Assembly: GCA_036785375.1 (NCBI GenBank)
Contig: JAWMAR010000061.1
Coordinates: 6,882,001-6,946,000 of the forward strand
Source: Leucoraja ocellata
Taxonomy: Eukaryota
Direction: 5' to 3'
DNA length: 64,000 bases
This document shows, piece after piece, positions 39,301-51,300 of this stretch. A program made the translations under genes and the position numbers. A model generated the notes under the pieces. The model saw only the letters and a list, made by a program, of their open reading frames with translations. It made no database searches and had not been told where the DNA came from. How positions within the stretch are numbered: the first letter of the stretch is position 1; every line of letters begins with the position of its first letter.

Positions 39301-42300
39301 AACACCGGCCACCGAATGGTGAACGAGACCTGGACCATGACACGTTGGCCTGGCTCACCTCAACGGAGCTGCAGGTCTAAAAGACATACGACAGAAGAAG
39401 AGGAAACTGAACGTGCAAACGCCACACAGACAGAATTGAACCCCGGTCTCTGGCACTGATTGGGAGCGGTTCCGTTGACAGTACCACTGTGCCACATAAT
39501 TTAATGTCACGATTGGCAATGATGGTACCATTAATGGATCATGAGTTTATCAGGGCAAGAAGCGATGGTTCAGATGACCTGTTTTAGTGTGACCATTCCT
39601 TTATTTGAACATCCGTGGTGATAAATTTGCCCATTGTTCCACAAGAAACAATGGAAGTCCATTGACGGTCAATTGAAATATCGTAACAAACTGCAATCAA
39701 ACTCATTCTTATCCAATGTGTCTGCAGAATCATAGCAGCTCTATGCAAGAGGACACCAACGAGTTCCCGCTCCCAGTTCCCTTCCCATTGCCCCATTGAA
39801 ATATTGATCCACCTCGGTTTTTAAATGCCACGAATGAATCGGCTTCAAGTTCGTAAGCACTCAAACATAGCTGCTCATCTAACTTGTTCAAGAAGGAACT
39901 GCCGATGCTGGAAAATCGAAGGTAGACAAACTTGCTGGAGAAACTCAGCGGGTGCGGCAGCATCTATGGAGCGAAGGAAATAGGCAACGTTTCGGGACGA
40001 AACCCTTACGGGTTTCGACCCGAACGTTACCTATTTCCTTCAGGGTTTCGACCCGAAATGTTGCCTATTTCCTTCGCTCCATAGATGCTGCTGCACCCGC
40101 TGAGTTTCTCCAGCAAGTTTGTCTACCTGCTCATCTAACATGGGGTCTTCTGCTCTTTGCCATATTATACATCCTCTGTTTCTCTTCGATTTCACCTTTG
40201 AAAGAGAAATAATAACCCATTATCTGTTATTTGCACTTTATCAGTTTATTTATTCATGTGTGTATATATTTATATTATGGTATATGGACACACTGATCTG
40301 TTTTGTAGTAAATGCCTACTATGTTCTGTTGTGCTGAAGCAAAGCAAGAATCTCATTGTCTTATACAGGGCCACACGACAATAAACTCACTTGATTGACT
40401 TCACTTGACTTGACTAAATAGAATAGAGAGACACAAGAAACAAGAAACAGCAGATGCTGGAATCTTGAGTAGGAAGCAAAGGAACTCAGCGGGTCAGGCA
40501 GCGTCTCTGGAGGGAATGGGCAGGCGATGTTTCAGGTCGGGACCCTTCTTCAGTCTGTGTCTGTCCATTCCTTCCACAGTTAATGCCTGACATGTACACT
40601 TAGAGTCATAGATAAAGTGTGGAAACAAGCCCAACTTGCCCACACCGGCCAACATGTCCCAGCTACACTAGTCCCACCTGCTTGCATTTGGTCCATATCC
40701 CTCCAAACCTGTCCTATCCATGTACCTGTCGAACTAACAGTTAGGTACATGGATGTTAGGATGCTATCCTAACATCCATAAATGTTGGGATAGTCCCATC
40801 CTCAACTCCTTCCTCTGGCAGCTTGTTCCATACACCCACCTGTGTTTCTGTGTGAAAAGGTTACCCCTCAGATTCCTATTAAATCTTTTCCCCTTCACCT
40901 TAATCCTATTTCTCGATTCACCTACTTAGGGCAAGAGACTCTGTGCGTCTACCCGATCTATTGTTCTGATGATTTTACAAGTTCTTTGTTTTCTGCCACT
41001 GAATAGAATATATTTTTTTACTGAATCTTTTGTGATTATTTTGTTTCTGCTTTATTTGAACCCCTCAGGGCTTCTAGTCTTTGATGAGATTTTGGAGGTG
41101 GTTGGAACTGGATGCCCTACGGAATTTCTAAACATTCGGGTTCCTTCTGGGGACGAGATTTTTGACCCCAACAGCACCGGGAGGGTGGAGCTGCCTTTCA
41201 TGCGGTCACGATGGACAACCAGCTCGGGACAAAGTCCAAACAACCCCCGGCAGCAGGTGAGACAAGAGACAAGAGCGCGGGGCCAATGTTGATCAAGACT
41301 GGAGATACAGCACTGAAACAGGCCCACTGAGTCCTTGCTGAACAGTGGCTAGCGATCACCCGCACACTAGCACTATCCTACACACTGGGGACAATTTACA
41401 ATATTTTACCAAAGCCAATTTACCTACAAACCTGTGCGTCCATGGAGTGTGGCACAAAACCAGAGCTCCCGGAGAAAACAGGGAGAACGTACAAACTCCG
41501 TATGGACACCACCCTTAGTCAGGATTGAACCCGGGTCTCTGGTGCTGTGAGGCAGCAACCCTATTGCTGAGCCACTGTGCCCCCCTTAAAATGTTACCGG
41601 AAATGGATCTTTTCACACAGAGAGTGTGGTGAATCTGTGGAATTCTCTGCCACAGAAGGTAGTTGAGGCCACAGCTCATTGACTATATTTAAGAGGGAGT
41701 TAGATGTGGCCCTTGTGGCTAAAGGGATCAGGGGGTATGGAGAGAAGGCAGGTACAGGATACTGAGTTGGATGATCAGCCATGATCATATTGAATGGCGG
41801 TGCAGGCTCGAAGGGCCGAATGGCCTACACCTGCACCTATTTTCTATGTTTCTATGTCACCTATTCCATTTCTCCAGAGATGCTGCCTGACCCGCTGAGT
41901 TACTTCAGCTTTTTGTGCCTGTCCTCCAGCACCTGTGTTTTTGATCAAGATTCAAGCATCTGCAGTCCGTAATCTCTCATTACTGGTTCTATTGTACTTG
42001 TTTGAGCAGGCATTTAAAGCTTCATCTTTACCTTCCATTTTAACAATGAGATTTTGGTGTGAGTTACATCCAATAGCTGGCTGAACCTTTGCCTGCCTTG
42101 TAGGAATATGAATTATTGACAATATAATTCTGCTTCTGGGGGCCAAGTCACATGAGAGAACAATGCAAACGGCGGATGTAGTGATAGAAAACACTCTCTC
42201 GTTGCTCGGGACAAATTAGTTTAAGAAAGAAGGTAGTCAAAATTACTGGAGAAACTCAGCGGGTGCGGCAGCATCTATGGAGCGAAGGAAATAGGCAACG

Positions 42301-45300
42301 TTTTGGGCCGAAACCCTTGCGGGTTTCGACCCGAAACGTTGCCTATTTCCTTCAGGGTTTCGACCCGAAACGTTGCCTATTTCCTTCGCTCCATAGATGC
42401 TGCCGCACCCGCTGAGTTTCTCCAGTACTTTTGTCTACCTTCGATTTTCCAGCATCTGCAGTTCCTTCTTAAACAGTTTAAGAAAGACCTCTCTATTCAC
42501 GAAACCTAATGTCACAGAACCTTTGTGCGTGATATCTTGCATCCGACTTTGGAATTCTCTGCCACGGAAGGCTGCGGATGCCAAATCGATGGATATTTTT
42601 AAGGCAGAGATAGATAGAAACATAGAAACATAGAAAATAGGTGCAGGAGTAGGCCATTTGGCCCTTCGAGCCTGCACCGCCATTCGATATGATCATGGCT
42701 GATCATCCAACTCAGTATCCCATCCCTGCCTTCTCTCCATACCCCCAGATCCCTTTAGCCACAAGGGCCACATCTAACTCCCACTTAAATATAGCCAATG
42801 AACTGTGGCCTCAACTACCCTCTGTGGCAGAGAATTCCACAGATTCACCACTCTCTGTGTGAAAAATGATTTTCTCATCTCGGTCCTAAAAGACTTCCCT
42901 CTTATCCTTAAACTGTGTGACCCCTAGTTTTGGACTTCCCCAACATCGGGAACAATCTTCCTGCATCTAGCCTGTCCAACCCCTTAAGAATTTTGTAAGT
43001 TTCTATAAGATCCCCCCTCAATCTTCTAAATTCTAGCGAGTACAAGCCGAGTCTCTCCAGTCTTGCTAGATAGATTCTTGATTAGTACGGGTGTCAGGGT
43101 TTAGTGGGGAGAAGGCAGGAGAACGGGGATGAGGGGAAGAGATAGATCATCCATGATTGAATGGCGGAGTAGACTCGACGGGCCGAATGGCCAAATTCTG
43201 CCCCTAGAACTCATGACTGCCCACCGCCTCCTTTCAGATAAACCACGTCACCACCTGGATCGACGGAAGTTCCATCTACGGATCCTCGCATTCCTGGAGT
43301 GATGCTCTGCGCACCTTTTCCGATGGACTTCTGGCCTATGGAACGGACAAACAGTTGCCGAGGCAAAGTGTTGGCTTGATTCGCTTGTGGAAGTTTGTAG
43401 ATCCAGCAACCAAACAAAATGGACTCCAGGGACTTTACGGTAATTAGTTCAGATTTAGATTCAACTTTAATTGTCATTGTCAGTGTACAGTACAGAGACA
43501 ACGAAATGCAGTAGTTCCATTCCTCACTGTGACTTGTAAGCAGTGGCGGACTGGGTCTAAAAATATTGGTTGCCAGGAGACAAAGGGGGCTCATTTCATC
43601 AGGGGCCCACTTGATATAGGGGGCCCACTTCATCAGGGGCCCACTTGATATAGGGGGCCCACTTCATCAGGGGCCCACTTGCCATCGGGCAAGCTGACAC
43701 CCTGGCCAGTCCGCCACTGCTTGTAACAGCCTTTCTTCTGGGGCCATGGGATACCAGATTTTTTAACTCCCAGGTATTTTTAAACCTTCTGTAGACAGGG
43801 TTAAAATTGATAATCGATAGCATATGATGAGCGTTTGAAGGCACAGGGCCTGTACTCGCTGGAATTTAGAAGGATGAGGTGGGATTTCACACAGAGAGTG
43901 GTGAATCTCTGGAACTCTCTGCCACAGAAAGTAGTTGAGGCCACAGTTCATTGACTATATTTAAGAGAGAGTTAGATGTGGCCCTTGTGGCTAAAGGGAT
44001 CAGGGGGTATGGAGAGAAGGCAGGTACGGGATACTGAGTTGGATGATCAGCCATGATCATATTGAATGGCGAATGGTGCAGGCTCGAAGGGCCGAATGGC
44101 CTCTACTCCTGCACCTATTGTCCATGTTTCTACGTCTATGTTTCTATCAGATTGTTGTGATCTAATTTTGCTCGGCTTGTACCTTGCTAACAGATTTTGG
44201 AAACGCAAAAGCAAACGAGAGTCCCTTCCTCAGAGCTCAAAACATCATCTGGTTCCGATACCACAATTACCAAGCCAAGCAACTCAAAGCCCAGAACCCC
44301 ACGTGGACAGATGAAGAGTTGTTCCAGAACGCAAGGAAAATAGTGATTGGAACCTTCCAGGTAATTATAAAGCAAGGAGCTCGCCTTCCTGAGATTCGCT
44401 CAGATGATTCCCTGAATGAGGCAGCTGCCAAAGACACACACAAAGTGCTGGAGTATCTCTGGAGAGAAAGGATGCGTTTCAGGTCAGGACTCTTCTTCAG
44501 ACCTGACATATTGTTATTCGGTTGTCATATTGTATCTGACATATTGTCAATCGAGATCCCATGCATTAACACTGCTCTAGCATCCATGTTTACAGTGTTT
44601 AGCATTATTACTAGGCAATTTAGTCTGGAGACTTGAAACTGTGGAGCACAAACTAGGGATAGGGTGTTCAAGAAGGAACTGCAGATGCTGGAAAATCGAA
44701 GGTACACAAAAATGCTGGAGAAACTCAGCTGGTGCAGCAGCATCTATGGAGCGAAGGAAGAAGGGTTTCGGCCCGAAACGTTGCCTATTTCCTTTGCTCC
44801 ATAGATGCTGCTGCACCCGCTGAGTTTCTCCAGCATTTTTGTGTACCTAGGGATAGGGAGCTGGCCCTTTAATACCTACGTGGGGAAGAATTTGTTTATA
44901 TCGGGGGCTGTGGATTTTTAGAATTCTCAACCTGGGAGTGGAGTAAATATTCAATGACTAAGGATTTCCGTGACCCAAAACATCACCCTTCTCCAGAGAT
45001 GCAGTCTGACCGGCTGAGTTACTCCAGCTTGTTTTGTCTATAAGAGGTGTGGGCATTGGATGGCACAGCTGAATGGGTAGAGGATTAGACATATCACCTT
45101 TCCTTGCGCTAGTTATGTTTTCCTGAAGCTTCAAATTCAAACACAAATGGATGAAAGCAGAAAGAAACACAAAAGAATATTGATTTTGTAATCTTTAAGA
45201 AGGAACTACAGATGCTGGAAAATCGAAGGTAGACAAAAATGCTGGAGAAACTCAGTGGGTGCAGCAGCATCTATGGAGCGAAGGAAATAGGCAGCGTTTC

Positions 45301-48300
45301 GGGCCGAAAACCCTTCTTCAGACCGATGTGAGGGTCTTTTGTAATTGATTTTGTAATTATGGCTTCAGAGCACAGCAGTGAGGATATTTTCTCCGCAAAT
45401 TGGCAGGGTTTTAGTTTTTACACCGCGCCCAGTTCTGAGAAACTCATTGCACAAAACATATTAAAGTAATTGAGAGTAGAAAAAAATGCTGGAGAAACTC
45501 AGCGGGTGAGGCAGCATCTATGGAGCAAAGGAAATTGGCAACGTTTCAGGTCGAAATCCTTCTTCCTTCGCTGCATCTAATAGGTGACGTTTCAGGTCGA
45601 GACCAGGAAGCATCTATGGAGCGAAGGAATAGGTGACGTTTCAGGTCGAGACCAGGAAGCATCTATGGAGTGAAGGAATAGGTGACGTTTCAGGTCGAGA
45701 CAAAATTAAATCAAGATCCCGACTGTCGATCAGAAGAAGGGTCTCGACCCGAAACGTCACCCGTTCCTTTTCTCGAGAGATGCTGCTGTCTGACCCGCTG
45801 AGTTACTCCAGCTTTTTTTGTGTTTAAGAAGGAACTGTAGATGCTGAAAAAATCGAAGGTAGACAAAAATGCTGGGGAAACTCAGCGGGTGAGGCAGCAT
45901 CTATGGAGCGAAGGAATAGGTGACGTCACCTATTCCTTCACTCCATAGATGCTTCCTGGTCTCGACCTGAAACGTCACCTATTCCTTCGCTCCATAGATG
46001 CTGCCTCACCCGCTTAGTTTCTCCAGCATTTTTGTCTACCTTCGATTTTTCCAGCATCTGCAGTTCCTTCTTGAACATACAAACTCCGTACAGACAGCAC
46101 CCATTGTCAGGATTGAACCTGAGTCTCTGGCGCTGTGAGGCAGCAACTCTACCGCTGCGCCATTGTGGTATTGTGAGATGTTTTGATTTGGAAATGTGCC
46201 AATAAATGTGACATTTTAATTTCAAATTGTATGAGAGGAAGGAAAGATTTGGCAGAGTAGCCATGTCACACGGATTAGTTGAAGTAAAACTATTTACTGT
46301 TTTAAATTGCTGTTACATTTGGATAAATATTTGGCATAAGGTTATGGAATGCTGCCAGTGAGATCAATATAGATCTATATTGATCGTAAAACATGGAAAC
46401 GCATATGGACATAAAAGGAATGGAGGGATATGGGTTATATGCAGGTAGGTGGGTGATGCGTTCGATATCAAGTTTGGCATTGACATTGCAGGCCTGTTCT
46501 TGTGCTGTACTGTTCTACGCTGTAACACAGGAGGAGGCCATTCTGCCCCTTGGGACCATGCCAGTTCACAGAGGGGGGGGAATCCCATCAGTCCCACTGC
46601 CCCATCAGCAGCAATTTACAGAGGCCAATTAACATTCCAGTCGCCATGTCTTTGCCATGTGGGAGGAGATCAGAATACCCGTAGAAATCCCATGTGGTCA
46701 CAAGGAGAAGGTGCTGATTGCACCAAAGGTCACGATGGATCCCAGGTCAATGTCACTGTGGGACTGCTATGCCACCGTACCACCCATTGGTTTGGTCCAT
46801 GAGAGGTTCTGAGTTGTACTGCTCCATCTAACTGGTTTATTGATACGGATTCAGAAGCAATGGAGTAGTAACCATGGTAACCACACTTGCAGTGACCATA
46901 TTCCAACAATGGATTAGTAAGCTACATGGCAGCACGGTGGCGCAGCGGTAGAGTTGCTGCCTTCCAGCGAATGCAGCGCCGGAGACCCGGGTTCGATCCC
47001 GACTACGGGCGCTGTCTGTATGGAGTTTGTACGTTCTCCCCGTGACCTGCGTGGGCTTTCTCCGAGATCTTCCGTTTCCTCCCACACTCCAAAGACGTAC
47101 AGATTTGTAGATTAACTGGCTTGGTAAATGTAAATAAATTGGCCCTAGTGTATGTAGGATAGTGTTGGTGTGCGGGGATCGCTGGTCGGCGCGGATCTAG
47201 TGGGCCGAAGGGACTGTTTCCGCGCTGTATCTCTAATCTAAACTAAACTAAACTAAAGTAATAACCTTAACAACGTGGAGAAAATATTGTGGGGATTTGG
47301 TAAATGACCAAGGTAGTAAAGCCAATTCATTTGTCTGAAGAAGGGTTTCGGCCCGAAACGTCGCCTATTTCCTTCGCTCCACAGATGCTGCTGCACCCGC
47401 TGAGTTTCTCCAGCAAGAGCTAGCATGATGGGCCAAGTATCTTCCTTCATTGATTCATGCAAGCTAGGACTCATGCGTTACAGTTTTACCCAGCTGTTTG
47501 GATTTTGTGAGATTTGACAGCTCTTCACATTGGGCCAGATTTTGCAATGATGACTTTCTCATCACGCACTGCCGAGGCTTTTGAGGTACAAGGACCAATT
47601 GTTAAGGAACCAGCTAGAGTCCAGGCAGTGAACAAAAAGGAGAAAGGGATTTCGAAACTTGGAGCAAAATAATAAAAATCCTCAGCTCCAACAATGCCGA
47701 ACTACGAGACCACTGTCTCACCACTTTCCACACAATGGCAAATTATTCAGTTGGAATACGAGTTGCGTTTATAAAGCCAGAAACAGTGAGAGGCAAGTAA
47801 ATCATGGATCACTGAATAAGAAAGCTGGAACTGCTTTGAATAGTAAAAGAGAATGACGAGAAATCTGAGATTGATGGTGAAAGACCTCAGGCTTGGAACT
47901 GAAATGTCCTTTGAATCAAACCCATTCAACCTGTTGGGCAACTCCAAAACAAGACTGAAGTTTAAATGCTTCTCTAAAAGCATGAGTAATCATGAATTAG
48001 GTGGACACAAAATGCTGATGCAACACATCGGGTCAGGCAACATCGCTGGAGAACATGTGATGTTTCGGGTTGGGACCTTACCATGGAAGACTGATCTTCT
48101 AGCATCTAGTGTCTAGACCCAAAACATCACCTCTCCCTGTTCTCCACGGATGCTGCCTGATCCGCTGAGTTACTCCAAGCATTTTGTGTCTTTCCTTGGT
48201 AAACTAGCCTCTGCAGTTCGTAAGTTATGGGAGCAGTATTAGGCCATTCAGGCCATCCTGTCTACTACGTCATTCATTCATGACTGATCCAGTTTCAATT

Positions 48301-51300
48301 CCATTTGGAATATTTTGGAGGACCAAGAAACCAACCAAGAATCCATCTCACCCACCCAACCCCATTCTCCTGCCTTCTCCCCATAACCGCTGACACCCGT
48401 ACTAGTCAATAATCAGTCAATCTCCGCCTTAAAAATATCCATTAAGTTGGCCAAGTTCCCTGTGTCTACATTTATTGGTGGTTAAGGTTATTAATACCAA
48501 CGGATATCACTTGAGTGAGGTATGCGCACCCGTTTGACTGGTTTTAAAAATGCAATTTAGGTGGATGGTTGCTTTTCATTTTGTCATGAAGAATGAGTCA
48601 TAAAGAAAGCACACAAGAAGTATGAGCAGGAATATTCCACCAGGCCCTTCAACATGATCATGGCTGGTTTGACACTGGCCGCTGCACCTTCCCTCTGCCG
48701 GTTCCAAATAGCCTTCACTTCCTTGAGCTTTCAAAAGTGCATCCAATACAATACAATACAATTTATTTGTCACTTGAACCTCATAGAGGCTCAAGTGAAA
48801 TGTTGTTTCTGCAGTCATACATACAAGAAAAAAAAGACCCAAGACACAACACAATTTACACAGACATCCATCACAGCGCATCTCCGCGCATCTCCACTAA
48901 TATAACCGTCTCCACTAATACATCCGTCTCCACTAATATAACCTCCAGGGGGTGGGAGATTGCAGCCTTCACGTGGTCCGCCCAGTTTCGACGAATACAA
49001 TCAACCCAGCGTGCAGAATCAAATAAGATCAAATAGAACAAGTTGTCCTACAACTGTAGGCTGTGCACGACATATACGCATGAAGAAGAAGAAGACCTCC
49101 AGGGAGCTCTTTTAGAAAGGAGGTGAGGAGGAACTTCTCCACAAAGTGCTGGAGTAACTCAGCGGGTCAGGCAGCATCTCTGGAGAAAATGAATAAGGAT
49201 AAGGGAAAGGAATATCCATTCCTTCTCTCCAGAGATGTTGCCCGTCCCGCTGAGTTACTTCAGCATTTTGTGTCTGTCTTTGATGTAAACCGGCATCTGC
49301 ACTACACCTTCCTACACAACTAGGCTGAGCATGAACTAGGGAGGAAACACAATCCTCCTGAGGTGAGCAGCTGGATACACTTTCGACATGCGAACTCTGC
49401 TGCGATATGATCTTGTACGCTTGGAATAATTTCCTAGTAATAGTTGATCGCAAGCTAGAATTACATCGGTATCTTCCATCAATAAAGAGCCCGCATTGAA
49501 GGTTGAAGGCGTGGGGTTATGTTGTAACTTTGTTGACACTTTCCATTAATCTTCCAGCGTATCCTGTACTACGAGTGGCTACCTGCCTTCATTGGACAAA
49601 ATGTGACTCAATATGGAGGTCAGTATGGTCTGGCATTGCCCACACGTTCCACTCAATGGCAGAATATTGTATCTCATGCAGTTCTTGACCCTGACGTTTT
49701 CTGTTTCTGTTTTGCAGGCTACAAGAAATACATTGACCCCAGTATTTCCCCTGAGTTTCAAGCTGCTGCTATTAGAATAATGAACTCCATGATCCCCCCA
49801 GGAGTCTACATGAGGTAATTACGTTCTCATTCACAAGCTATAGTATTAGAATTAGGCCATTCGGCCCATCGAGTCTACACCGCCATTCAATCATGGCTGA
49901 TCTCTGCCTCCTAATCCCATTTTCCTCCCGTCTTCCCATAACGACACCATTCTAATCAAGAATGGGTTTAGTTATGGGACTTTATAAGCATTTTATCTGC
50001 TTATTTATGTGTGTATTGAATTGAACTGTTCAGTAATTTGCTTACAATATTCAGTTGTGCTGCAGCAAGCAAGAATTTCATTGTCCTATCTGGAACACAT
50101 AACAATAAACTCTCTTGACTTGAATTTGTCTATCCCTGCCTTAAAAATATCCACTGACTTGGCCTCCACAGCCATCCGTGGCAATGAGTTCCACTAAAGA
50201 TGTTTCTCCTCACCTCCTTTCTAAAAGAGCACCCTTTAATTCTGAGGCTGTGACCTCTGGTCCTAGACTCTCCCACAAGTGGAAACATCCTCTCCACATC
50301 CACTCTATCTATGCCTTTCATTATTCTGTAAGTTTCAATGAGGTCTCCCCCTCAAACATCTAAACTCCAGCAGGTACGGGCCCAGGGCTGTCAAACGCTC
50401 ATCATAAGTTGACCCACTCATTCCTGGAATCATTCTTGTAAACCTCCTCTGGACCCTGTCCAGAACCAGCACATCCTTCCTCAGATATGGGGCCCAAATA
50501 TTATTGATTGAGGTTGTAACATGGAAACAGGCCCGACAGCCCATTGGGTCCACGCCAACCATCAATCAACATTCACACTAGTTCTATGTTATTCCACTGT
50601 CTCAACCACTCCCTACACATTAGGGGCCAATTATATAGGCCAATAAAGCCGTGAGTCTTTGGGATGTAGGATCAGTCAACAATTCCATTATTTTCATGTG
50701 TCGGAAGGAACTGCAGGTGCTAGTTTACAACAAAGATAGGCACAAAAAGCTGGAGTAACTCAGTGGGTCAGGCAAGCATCTCTGGAGGAAAGGAATAGGT
50801 GAAGTTTCGAGTCAAGAGTCTGAAGAATGGTCTCGACCCGAAACGTCACCTATTCCTTCTCTTCAGAGATGCTATCTGACTCGCTGAGACACTCCAGCTT
50901 TTTGTGTCTATCTTCCATTATTATCATGATGCTTGCGTACTAGGAAACAAAAGCTTCCTGGGCTTTGTGTCAGAGGCTGATAACGTATTAGAATAACAAT
51001 GTTAATAACAATTAAATGTTAATAAAATGAAAAAGCACTTCTGATATGGTCACCAATAAAAATACTTCTTTCCTTTTGACTCTCCCAGGAACAGAACCTG
51101 CCACTTTCGACGTGTTCAGAATGTTTATGGCGGAATGGACCCAGCGCTTCGAGTGTGCAATAATTTCTGGAGTCGGGAGGTACGTCAGCATTGGTGTTGC
51201 AGCGTTGAATGAGCTAATGAGTGAGCATGGCTTCTGACGGCACTGTAGCTCTCTGTTTGTGGCTTCTGCTTCTGGGTTTCAGGCTTGGCTACTTTGCAGT

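Noticed and set aside
46928-47010. tRNA-like A/B boxes (also 51426, 58058)
   Set aside because: SINE heads continuing into SINE body and tail, not tRNA genes.
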